A stretch of 64,000 bases of DNA from Candidatus Tayloriibacteriota bacterium (lineage in GTDB: Bacteria > Patescibacteriota > Minisyncoccia > Phycocordibacterales > HO2-43-120). The stretch lies in assembly GCA_039934295.1 (NCBI GenBank), contig JBDTMN010000002.1, forward strand, positions 26,725-90,724, written 5' to 3'. Shown here in pieces: positions 9,869 through 19,238 of the stretch. Made by a program: the position numbers and the translations under genes. The stretch's first letter is position 1. Each line of letters opens with the position of its first letter. Below the pieces are notes generated by a model. The model had not been told where the DNA came from, made no database searches, and worked only from the letters and a program-made list of their open reading frames with translations.

Positions 9869-10357
9869 CTACGTGGCAGAAAGAAACAATTTCAGAGTCT
9901 TCATAAACCCTCCCGTATATTTTTTTGGATTTACCTTCATATCTTCTGCTATGTCTTTTGGATTCGCCCAAAAGACCCTTTTCACCTCATCCTCCTTGAG
10001 CTTTACGGGAGTTGCCTTGCAAACATACACTCTAAACATATGCAATCTTTTAAAAATTTCCCCCTCACCTTGAGACCCTGCTAAACCAATATCTTGAAGG
10101 TCGACACCAAGAACACCCAGCTCTTCCTCCAATTCCCTCTTTGCCGCCTCAAGATAACTTTCCCCGACATCCACATGCCCGGCAGAAGAGTGATCAAGGT
10201 AGCCATCCTTTGCTCGTTCATTTACCAAAATCTCGCCTCTATCGTTTACAAGGTAAATCGCCGCCACTCTATGGAGCAGTCCTTCTTTATGCGCTTTTTC
10301 TCGATCCACTTCCCCAAGCACGGCATCATTTTCATCTACCCAAATGACATTACTCAT
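9869..10357 (-). CDS. NUDIX hydrolase (IPP isomerase-like)
   Basis: GLLHR and Nudix box GHVDVGESYLEAAKRELEEELG; start moved to MSNVIW. Confidence 0.88.
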   Translation of the reverse strand: MSNVIWVDENDAVLGEVDREKAHKEGLLHRVAAIYLVNDRGEILVNERAKDGYLDHSSAGHVDVGESYLEAAKRELEEELGVLGVDLQDIGLAGSQGEGEIFKRLHMFRVYVCKATPVKLKEDEVKRVFWANPKDIAEDMKVNPKKYTGGFMKTLKLFLSAT

Positions 10358-10367
10358 AGCGGAAGAT

Positions 10368-10844
10368 TTATCCAAGCCAGTTTCGTAATTTGGGGAATTT
10401 TTTGCAGATGGGAAGACTGGCGCACCAATTTTCAAGCCCCCAAAAACGTCCGGCGCGAAGGCTAGCGAGAAGTAAAAGAGCAGTTATATAGATAATGTGC
10501 TCATCAACTATAAATGCGTGCTCGTTCGGATAGGGGAAATCGAGAAGGGGAAGATAGTAGAGGAGCATCAAAAGCGCTCCGCACACGGAACTCAAGCGGA
10601 CAAAAACGCCGAGAATAAGCGCGACACCGAGAAGCGTCAATCCCCATTCGTTGACAAAATTAATTACGGGCAAAATCTGCGGACTCGTGAGCCATAGATA
10701 GAATCCGGCAAAAGTTTTCGCGCCCTTCAAATACCCTCCCGCCGAACAACTCGGGTCGACGAGCTTTGTTATCCCCGCGTAGAAAAACATCCAGCCCAAG
10801 GATATTCGGAGTAAAAAAAGAGGAATTTTTATTGATTTGGTCAT
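10368..10844 (-). CDS. DoxX family membrane protein
   Basis: LLRISLGWMFFYAGITK and GVALILGVFVR. Confidence 0.85.
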   Translation of the reverse strand: MTKSIKIPLFLLRISLGWMFFYAGITKLVDPSCSAGGYLKGAKTFAGFYLWLTSPQILPVINFVNEWGLTLLGVALILGVFVRLSSVCGALLMLLYYLPLLDFPYPNEHAFIVDEHIIYITALLLLASLRAGRFWGLENWCASLPICKKFPKLRNWLG

Positions 10845-10876
10845 AAAGATAGCTATTAGTTGATAGTTAATAATTT

Positions 10877-11422
10877 TTAGTAAGTAATTTTTCTAATTTT
10901 TGGGACAAGATATTTTACAGATAGATATGCCACCACGACACCGATTGCGAACCCGCCCAAAATATCGGATGGGTAATGCACGCCGGCCATCACCCGGGCA
11001 ATGGTCATCAATAGTGTAACAAAAAATAGTGAAATACCCCATTTTTTATTGTAAAAATATATTGCCGTTGAGAAGGCAAAAAAGAAAGTAGCGTGAAGCG
11101 AAGGAAATGAATTCGAGGTCTCCAAAAATAGCGGCTCCAACCCGTAGCTAATGAAAGGTCGAGGATGAAAGTAGAATGTATGGATAAGAGTTGCAATGAT
11201 AAAACTGGAAACAAGAGCTGAAAAGAAAGCAACGCAGGCAATGCGTGTTTTCTCCCTCCGAGAATACCCGGAACGAAAAAGCAACACGAGAAATACTATG
11301 GGCAGGATAAAAGGCAAATACACGGCCAAAAAGGTAATTAACAAATCCCCCCACCCCGCTATCCCCGCAAAATTGTGGAGTAGAAAAAAAGCACTTGTGT
11401 CGAGATTCGTAAAAAATTGCAT
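10877..11422 (-). CDS. PAP2 phosphatase (undecaprenyl-diphosphatase BcrC-like)
   Basis: HPRP, SFPSLH and ARVMAGVHYPSD motifs. Confidence 0.88.
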   Translation of the reverse strand: MQFFTNLDTSAFFLLHNFAGIAGWGDLLITFLAVYLPFILPIVFLVLLFRSGYSRREKTRIACVAFFSALVSSFIIATLIHTFYFHPRPFISYGLEPLFLETSNSFPSLHATFFFAFSTAIYFYNKKWGISLFFVTLLMTIARVMAGVHYPSDILGGFAIGVVVAYLSVKYLVPKIRKITY

Positions 11423-11456
11423 AGGGATATCTAGAGCTCCGTCCAAGAGTAAAAAA

Positions 11457-12334
<878 letters not shown>

Positions 12335-12380
12335 TTTGTCGGTCGGTTTTTCAAAAGGGTCTTCGAAGCCTGTTGAGTAT

Positions 12381-12414
12381 GAGCCCCGACTTGCGTTGCA
12401 CGGGGCTTTTTTAT
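12381..12414 (+). terminator. Intrinsic terminator after P-II gene
   Basis: AGCCCCG...CGGGGCT followed by T-tract. Confidence 0.65.
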
Positions 12415-12692
12415 TGGAAGCGGACAGAATACCTCGCGTCCCTCCTGCGGCGGGGATGTCATGCCTGAGGCAGATCCGTCCTGAGGCGGAAATGGCCGCA
12501 GTTGAATGAGAGCGAGCGCCCGCCCGAACGTAACCCGCCTGTACCGAAACGTTACGTTCGGGCGGGCGTTTCGGTACGGGCGGGGAGCTCGCTCTTCTCC
12601 AACAAAGTTTGCCCCGATGCCTCGCCTAATACCCCGCCGAGGTTTTGCGAGGGGACGGCTTGCCGCGGGGATAGGACGAGGCCAAACTTTAT
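12415..12692 (+). mobile_element. PATE-like element copy B with two nested REP-like insertions
   Basis: Collinear with 21501-21712 plus about 32- and 33-nt insertions; TTAT at both ends. Confidence 0.7.
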
Positions 12693-12783
12693 TTCTTAAA
12701 TTTCCTAAGCACAACACCCTTACAAACTCCAGTTTGTAAGGATGTTGTGCAAGAGTTGCAGAATGCAGAGGCCTTTTCGATAG

Positions 12784-13680
12784 CTATTTCAGATTCCTAT
12801 AATATTCAAAAAGTGCTTTCGCCCCGGCAAGATTCCTCTCCCATTCGACAGTGCCGTGAGTGGAGAGCTCTACCGTAATCGCTGGAATGTTTATGGACGC
12901 GAGCCAACCTTCGGCGTCTCCGGTAATGGAGTACGCATCAAATGATTTAACCGCAGGATAGCCGGACGCTTTGGAGTAGACGTTCATGATGTCGAGAGTC
13001 CTCGGCAAAATACCTGCATTGCACTCCGACGCGTACACGGCATTAGACTGGCTATGCCAAAAAACGACTCCAACCGGTTTATCTTTGAGAACAAAATCGC
13101 GGAGTGCTTTCGCTTCCGGCTCGGAGAAAGCCTGTGTCCCAGCGCTTACCGTTTTTTCTCGCCATGTGCTTGTGGGCTTCCAGTTGCAGTCAAAGTTGCG
13201 ATTGAGATCGATATCGTGCGCGTTAAATCTCCCTAATCCGGGCGTGGTTTGCGGAGTCGTGGTCGGCACATCCGCGAGGACAAAGCGACCAACTTTCCCG
13301 ATTACCTTGAACACTCCGTCGGGATTCGCGGAAGGAATTACCGAAACAGTGAGACTCGCGGGCAGTGCCCCCGGATTCTGCGAGAGATAGTCGATGAATT
13401 GATACGAAAGAAGCACGCTGTTCCATTCATACCCTCCATGGATACCGCCCACAAATACGAGGTGCGTCGCCCCGCTTCCAAACGTGAATGCCTCGATGGA
13501 GCGACCTTCGACTGATGTGCCGATTACCGCGTGTTTTGTCCCAGATTCTTTCGGCTGTAACACGACCACCGGAGTCGAGACTGTTTCCACTTTGCGCAGT
13601 TTAACAAATGCAAACACACCTACGCCAAGCAAGACGAGAACAATACAGACCGCAATGACCCGCTTCGAGAACGTTCCCAT
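12784..13680 (-). CDS. M14 zinc carboxypeptidase (MpaA-like), membrane anchored
   Basis: IHGGYE, NPDG, DLNRNF, WHS and TVEL. Confidence 0.88.
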   Translation of the reverse strand: MGTFSKRVIAVCIVLVLLGVGVFAFVKLRKVETVSTPVVVLQPKESGTKHAVIGTSVEGRSIEAFTFGSGATHLVFVGGIHGGYEWNSVLLSYQFIDYLSQNPGALPASLTVSVIPSANPDGVFKVIGKVGRFVLADVPTTTPQTTPGLGRFNAHDIDLNRNFDCNWKPTSTWREKTVSAGTQAFSEPEAKALRDFVLKDKPVGVVFWHSQSNAVYASECNAGILPRTLDIMNVYSKASGYPAVKSFDAYSITGDAEGWLASINIPAITVELSTHGTVEWERNLAGAKALFEYYRNLK

Positions 13681-14585
13681 TATTTAGAATAACTTTTTAG
13701 CACCGCTAAGATACCCGCTTTGTTATCAATCCATTCTACATCTTCATGGTTCGTGAGAAGCACACTTATTGCTGGAATGTTTTTCTTTGCAAGCCAATTT
13801 ACCATATCGCCGGTAATTTCATAGAAATCAAAATTCTCGTGAGCAGGATAGCCGGAAGCTTTCGAGTACATATCGGTAAGAGCGCTCGTGTCGGACGAAA
13901 CACCGTTGTGACAGCTCGAAGCATATACACCGCCCGCGGCGCTGTACCAAACAACAACCGCATTCGGCTTGTATAATTCCACATAATCTCGGATTGCCTG
14001 GCTCTCCGGCTCGGAGAATGCTTCGCTTCCTCCGCTTACCGTTTTGTTTTGCCATTTTGCGCTCGCCTGCCAGTCGCAGTCGAAGTTGCGATTGAGGTCA
14101 ACGGTATGCGCGTTGAAGCGTCCGGAGACGAGAGTTGTTTGTGAGGTGGACACATCCGCTTTAGCGAAAGGGCTTGTGGTGGTGCCCACAACCTTGCTCA
14201 AACCGTCCGGATTCAAAACCGGAATAACTGTCACTTCCACATTTTGAGGTATGACGTCAGGATTTTCCTTGAGAAAATCCCTAAGCTCATATGCCACGAG
14301 CGCTGTGTTCCATTCGTATCCTCCATGTATACCACCTATAAAGAGAAGCTTCGTGTCGCCCGTGCCGAAGTGGTATGCGAGAATATCGCGACCTTCGACA
14401 GACTTGCCGATGACTGTCATGTCTTTGTTTGCGGGCACTGGTATCGCGACTGTCGGCGATGGAGTCGGAGTAACAGTTGACACATTCTCTTTCTGCATCA
14501 GTTTGGTGTTAGAACTCCATGTTATAAAATAAATTCCGGCACCGAGAAGAATAATAACGACGATTGCGATGATTGTTTTTTTCAT
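13680..14585 (-). CDS. M14 carboxypeptidase paralog, probably catalytically altered
   Basis: IHGGYE and DLNRNF retained; WHS changed to WYS, TVEL to SVLL. Confidence 0.85.
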   Translation of the reverse strand: MKKTIIAIVVIILLGAGIYFITWSSNTKLMQKENVSTVTPTPSPTVAIPVPANKDMTVIGKSVEGRDILAYHFGTGDTKLLFIGGIHGGYEWNTALVAYELRDFLKENPDVIPQNVEVTVIPVLNPDGLSKVVGTTTSPFAKADVSTSQTTLVSGRFNAHTVDLNRNFDCDWQASAKWQNKTVSGGSEAFSEPESQAIRDYVELYKPNAVVVWYSAAGGVYASSCHNGVSSDTSALTDMYSKASGYPAHENFDFYEITGDMVNWLAKKNIPAISVLLTNHEDVEWIDNKAGILAVLKSYSK

Positions 14586-14623
14586 ATACTTTTTATTAAC
14601 GCGACTTGTAAGTGTCAGATACT

Positions 14624-15301
14624 CTATATTGTCCAATTATTTTTTGCAATTCCCCGAAGCTTGTATTCACCATTTTGGAGGTCAAAGACCAAATAAAGGG
14701 TGGTCCAGTCCATCCCCCCAAATTTCGGGTCAAACCCCTTGAAATGATAAGCGACAACAGTGCGGTTGCCAGAATCTTGGAGGATTGTGTTTACACTGTT
14801 TGATCCCCCGTCCAATATTTTATTTACTCCAACTTCGGGAGCGCTCGCGTAATCATGGTTGTAAATCCAGATGCTTAAATATTCGGAAATTGTCAAATAA
14901 ATTGGGTCGCCCTTGCCATCGGTGTAGCCAAATAAATATTTTTGCGGGTTGTTCGGTATGTTTGATATCTCGCTTGTTAAAATGTCATTTTTTGTCAAAT
15001 CAAGATTCGGTACTTCATTCCACGATAACCCGTCGGAACTTGTGAGATTTTCAAGTTTTTGATAATCCTTATTTTTGAAAGCTACCAAGACTTCTTTTGC
15101 GCTATCCATTACATTCTTTTGCGCATCTTTTTTCACTTTGACGACGGGGACTGCAATCGGTTCAGAAATTGAAAGAGAGATGGATTCTTGAGCTTTTTGA
15201 TACTGAACACCAATGTAAAAAGTGAGCAAAGGAAATACTCCCAAGAAAAATAGTATCGCAGCCAATTTCGAATACCAAGTAACCTCGTTGAGTTTTATCA
15301 T
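14624..15301 (-). CDS. Membrane-anchored hypothetical protein
   Basis: 225-aa ORF with N-terminal TM (VTWYSKLAAI). Confidence 0.7.
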   Translation of the reverse strand: MIKLNEVTWYSKLAAILFFLGVFPLLTFYIGVQYQKAQESISLSISEPIAVPVVKVKKDAQKNVMDSAKEVLVAFKNKDYQKLENLTSSDGLSWNEVPNLDLTKNDILTSEISNIPNNPQKYLFGYTDGKGDPIYLTISEYLSIWIYNHDYASAPEVGVNKILDGGSNSVNTILQDSGNRTVVAYHFKGFDPKFGGMDWTTLYLVFDLQNGEYKLRGIAKNNWTI

Positions 15302-15414
15302 TAACCCTATTATAGGTCACAGAGGTAAAATTGCAAATAACTTTCTTTTTGAGAGTCTAAAGCCCGAATTCGAAAAAAAGCTCATTTCGGCAAGGTTTAA
15401 CCTTGACAGAAATT

Positions 15415-15693
15415 TCAATTTTTCTTTGTCTTTATAGTGATACTGACTTTCGTATCTATTAAATCTAATTTCTTTTCTCTACGCCAGCCCTGTATTTCTA
15501 ATTCTCGTCTGCGAGCTTTCTTAAGCGTTAAGAACCGTTCCGAATAAAGCAACTTCACCGGTCTGCGAATTTTCGTGTAATGAGCTCCCCTTTTAGAATA
15601 ATTATGCTGTTTCAAACGCCTTTCCAGATTGTTTGTGCAACCGACATACAAAGACGTATCGGCACATTCCAGTATATATGCAAAATAACTCAT
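15415..15693 (-). CDS. GIY-YIG nuclease family protein
   Basis: YILECADTSLYVGCTNNLERRLKQHN...GAHYT. Confidence 0.9.
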   Translation of the reverse strand: MSYFAYILECADTSLYVGCTNNLERRLKQHNYSKRGAHYTKIRRPVKLLYSERFLTLKKARRRELEIQGWRREKKLDLIDTKVSITIKTKKN

Positions 15694-15863
15694 AGAAATT
15701 CTAGATCCTTCGTCAAAGATTCTCTTCGAGCCTGAAGCTTAGAGCCGAATGGTCTCGGGGACTTCTTCTCTTTGAGCCGGACAAAGACACTGTCTTTCAA
15801 GACCCTGAGGATCTTTCAGACCCGAACGGGATGAACCTTCGGCCTCGCGGAGGTAAAGAAGTG

Positions 15864-15936
15864 CTGGGGAGCTAGGGGTCGAACCTAGAGTCTTCTGCTC
15901 CAAAGGCAGACGTGTTACCAATTACACCACTCCCCA
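15864..15936 (-). tRNA. tRNA-Gln(TTG)
   Basis: Acceptor TGGGGAG/CTCCCCA; anticodon arm TCTGC-CTTTGGA-GCAGA; T-loop GTTCGAC. Confidence 0.95.
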
Positions 15937-15939
15937 AAG

Positions 15940-16135
15940 TATTTAATTGTTCGGAAATAGCTCTAATCCATCCTGAAATTCTTCGGAGTAGTGTCGAGCT
16001 TTTTCTGACATTAATCTTTAAACAGCCATAATATAAGGCACCTTTATTACGCCGATGAGTCTTTGTATTATGCCTTTTATAATAGACTTTATCAAATTTT
16101 CTTATAGGTAACCCCGCCAAGTTTCCCCAAAACTT
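15940..16135 (-). pseudogene. C-terminal remnant of a tRNA-linked LAGLIDADG-like protein
   Basis: KFWGNLAGLPIRKFDKVYYK...YYGCLKINVRKSSTLLRRISGWI resembles (from recall) CPR tRNA-adjacent endonuclease-like proteins; in-frame stop just upstream. Confidence 0.5.
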
Positions 16136-16183
16136 TTACCACCCAATCAACTACCCCGTCACAAGCGAGCGAGGTAAGCTAAG

Positions 16184-16220
16184 AATCTATTCGCTTATTC
16201 TCACGAATAGGAGAATAGAC
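16184..16220. repeat. Palindromic site downstream of ArsR gene
   Basis: CTATTCGCTTATTC-TCAC-GAATAGGAGAATAG. Confidence 0.8.
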
Positions 16221-16292
16221 TCATCCTCACACTTTTACGCTAAAAAGATCCCAGGAGAGAAGAGTGAGAGGGGTGAGAGAAGAAAGCAATAA

Positions 16293-16562
16293 TTAGAGAA
16301 TAGAAAGTATATGTTTTGATGCGAGTTTCTGTGTTTGAGAAAGCGAAAAATACATTTCCAATCCCCTTTGTTCTTTTTGGACAATCTCCGAGTACGATAA
16401 TACAGACAAATGTCGCGACGTAGACTTGAACGACAAGTTGATCCGTTCGGCCAATTCTCCAACCGTTAGTTCTTTATTGTCCCGAAGCAACTTGAGAATT
16501 GCGAGCCTCCTTCGGTTCGCTAATGCTTTTAATGTTTTTTCCAAGTCGTTCCTTTTAATCAT
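16293..16562 (-). CDS. ArsR/SmtB family transcriptional regulator
   Basis: LKALANRRRLAILKLL...TVGELAE...TSRHLSVL. Confidence 0.9.
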   Translation of the reverse strand: MIKRNDLEKTLKALANRRRLAILKLLRDNKELTVGELAERINLSFKSTSRHLSVLSYSEIVQKEQRGLEMYFSLSQTQKLASKHILSIL

Positions 16563-16589
16563 TACATTTTGATCTCTTCATTCCTCTTT

Positions 16590-16622
16590 AATCTATTCTC
16601 CTATTCTCACGAATAAGCGAAT
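16590..16622. repeat. Palindromic site upstream of ArsR gene
   Basis: CTATTCTCCTATTC-TCAC-GAATAAGCGAAT. Confidence 0.8.
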
Positions 16623-16737
16623 TATACCAGACTGTATCAAGAAGTAAAATCTGTATTCCAAAACAAAACCAAATCCGAAACCGAATCCAAAACCGACATC
16701 TGAAATCTGAAATCCATGTTATAAAATCCATCTGTAT

Positions 16738-19014
16738 CTATTCTTCTTTACCGCAAAGCTTGATAAGAGCGAGCTCGAGCGGGAGCTGGGGAAGGTACGA
16801 GAAGCCCACTTTGTCCAGAGCATTGAGAAGCACAATGACCGTTTTGGATGAAATTTTCAAGGTCGGGTTTGCGCTCATTTTTTTGAGAAAATTAAAATCG
16901 TTCTGCCCTGTCTCCTCCTTGATTTCCTCTTCCATCTCCTTGGCGTATTTCAAAAGCAGGATGAGACGGACTTTGAAAAGGACGAGCTTCACATAGGTTT
17001 TCATGTCGATATTTGCCTCAGCGGCATTTCGAACGGCGCTCAAGCCTCGCTCTATATTTTGCTCCTCTATGGCCTCGATACATTCGTTCACAAGCTCCGC
17101 GCGAGGCGCGCCGGTGACCATTTCCACCTCGTCATGAGTGATTTTTTTGTCCTTCGAGAAACTCAACACCTTCTGCAAAATCCCCTGCGTGTCCCGAAAT
17201 GACCCTTCGCCCAAAAGTGCGATGAGCTCGAGCGAAGGCGCCTCGAGCGAATAGCCTTCCTTTTTGGAGATGACGGACACCACGTCCCGTAAAACTTCGA
17301 GCGATGGCTTTTTGAAATTAAAAACCTGACAGCGAGAGATAATGGTCTCGGGCAATTTCTCCATTTCGGTTGTGGCTAGAATAAAAACAACATGCTCCGG
17401 TGGCTCTTCCAAAGTTTTTAAAAGAGCATTATTAGCTTCCTTTGTAAGCATATGGCAGTTAGAAGAACATATTCCATTTGCAATAAAAGTATGCGTATCT
17501 TCGACGGTAAAATCGTATACTCTTGCATTCTCCTCTAATCTTTCAATAGTAAGTATTTTTTCGTATCGAAATTGTAAATACGGATTAAATTCCGGTGCTT
17601 CAGCTACCTTTATAAATTCTTTCACGGTCTCACGCATAAGACCCTGAAATTGATCGAGGTATATACCATGTTGATTCAATATCATATGGCTAAGGCGTAA
17701 TTCTTTTCGTCTCGCAAGAAAAGGGACTTGGAGAGGAATACTATCTTGCTTCTCTGCATGGTCAAATTGATTTTTAAGTACATCTGCTTTTCTTTGAATA
17801 GACAACCCAATAGAATTTTGAAAAATTCTTAGATCATATCCCGTAATGTTCAAGCGATATACTGTCTGATGCTTTATATTTTTTCGCTTGATTTCCATTG
17901 CACCGCTTCCGATGCCGAATTTTTTTAACAGAAGTTGAAGTTTTTTGGAAAAAATAGGAGAGCAAGAGTTAAAACTTAATTTAAAAAGTCTTGTCGATTT
18001 TGTAAATGTTGCATCACCCTCGCAGCAAAAACATGTATCAATATAAGCTCTTATGCTTTCAAGAGGTGCTTGGAAAATCGCATCAGGAATATCGATAGAA
18101 TTACTTTTTTTTCCCGAAGGACAGAGTAATTTGATGAGTTCCTTTTTTAGTTGCGGTGAATACGACCTTAGCAATGTAGTACCCCGTTTCGTCTTCGTAA
18201 TAGTCACTTCCCCACCACAATTCCATGCTTTGCATCCATTTGTAAAAGAGGAAATGAAATATTGGACATCTTTTGAGATCTCAACTTGAATTGTGCAAGA
18301 ATCTTTCGAAATATGACCATCACATTGTATCAGTGCGAGAAAAGCAGCTTGATCTTTTGTCAATAGATTTTTCGCTTTATGAGGCAAACTTGCAGGACTT
18401 ATAAGAAAATCTGAAAAATTTATATCTTCTGCCTTAACAAGAGAAAATGCTCCCTTTCTCATCACCCATAATTTATGCGTTGGAGTACATTTTAATGTTG
18501 ATTGAGGTGTACGAATACTGATTAGTTCTTTGGTTTTGCGTGAAAACCAATTAGAGATTTTTTTAAATACAATCGTTCCCGAATTTAAATCGACTGAGGC
18601 GACTTCATCCCCATTTTTTATTTCAGCGATAGATTTAACTGCTCCGTCTGCAAGCTGGATTAAATGATCAGATGTTAGACATTCGTCCACTATGTATACT
18701 TTGTGCTTTGAATCAAAGGGCAGAGTGCTCACCCCTTCGCGAAGTTCGCGCACGTCGTCAATCCCGCGATTCGACGCGGCATCAATTTCATAGAGGTCGT
18801 TGTCGGAGGTGCCGATTTCTCGCGCAAAAATCCTCGCAATCGAAGTTTTTCCGGTCCCCCGAGAGCCCTCGAAAAGATAGGCATGAGAAATTTTGCCTGC
18901 TTCAATAGAGCCCTTCAACACCTTCACGATATGGTCCTGCCCCAAGACATCTCGGAATGATTGAGGGCGGTATTTGCGATAGAGGGCTAATTTGCCCTTT
19001 TTTTCCTCTCCCAT
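16738..19014 (-). CDS. dnaX: DNA polymerase III gamma/tau with intein
   Basis: LYRKYRP, GSRGTGKT, EIDAASN, DE|CHML, LLKTLEEPP, TIISRCQ. Confidence 0.96.
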   Translation of the reverse strand: MGEEKKGKLALYRKYRPQSFRDVLGQDHIVKVLKGSIEAGKISHAYLFEGSRGTGKTSIARIFAREIGTSDNDLYEIDAASNRGIDDVRELREGVSTLPFDSKHKVYIVDECLTSDHLIQLADGAVKSIAEIKNGDEVASVDLNSGTIVFKKISNWFSRKTKELISIRTPQSTLKCTPTHKLWVMRKGAFSLVKAEDINFSDFLISPASLPHKAKNLLTKDQAAFLALIQCDGHISKDSCTIQVEISKDVQYFISSFTNGCKAWNCGGEVTITKTKRGTTLLRSYSPQLKKELIKLLCPSGKKSNSIDIPDAIFQAPLESIRAYIDTCFCCEGDATFTKSTRLFKLSFNSCSPIFSKKLQLLLKKFGIGSGAMEIKRKNIKHQTVYRLNITGYDLRIFQNSIGLSIQRKADVLKNQFDHAEKQDSIPLQVPFLARRKELRLSHMILNQHGIYLDQFQGLMRETVKEFIKVAEAPEFNPYLQFRYEKILTIERLEENARVYDFTVEDTHTFIANGICSSNCHMLTKEANNALLKTLEEPPEHVVFILATTEMEKLPETIISRCQVFNFKKPSLEVLRDVVSVISKKEGYSLEAPSLELIALLGEGSFRDTQGILQKVLSFSKDKKITHDEVEMVTGAPRAELVNECIEAIEEQNIERGLSAVRNAAEANIDMKTYVKLVLFKVRLILLLKYAKEMEEEIKEETGQNDFNFLKKMSANPTLKISSKTVIVLLNALDKVGFSYLPQLPLELALIKLCGKEE
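17458..18681 (-). mobile_element. 408-aa intein with LAGLIDADG-type endonuclease domain
   Basis: Starts CLTSDHL; block B CTPTH; CDGH and CEGD helices; ends VYDFTVEDTHTFIANGICSSN|C. Confidence 0.93.
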
Positions 19015-19049
19015 GTAAAAAGTATAGCAGATTTTGGATGAATAGTTGA

Positions 19050-19082
19050 AAGGCGGATTCGTGAGACGAATCCGCCTTTTTT
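19050..19082. terminator. Bidirectional terminator-like hairpin
   Basis: AAAGGCGGATTCGT-GAG-ACGAATCCGCCTTT. Confidence 0.75.
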
Positions 19083-19238
19083 GATTGGCTCATTCGGGCT
19101 CGTTTATCCGAACTTACGCCTGATCACCTCCCTTTGCGAATGACCGATTCGAAGTGGTTTGCATAATCAAGTTTGATTTCATTATTTTTTATGGACAATC
19201 ACCTCGAGTCAGTTTGGCCAAGAAACAACAGCCGAACA

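Noticed and set aside
19085-19235. SRP RNA upstream of dnaX
   Set aside because: The conserved helix-8 GNRA and AGCAG motif was not found.
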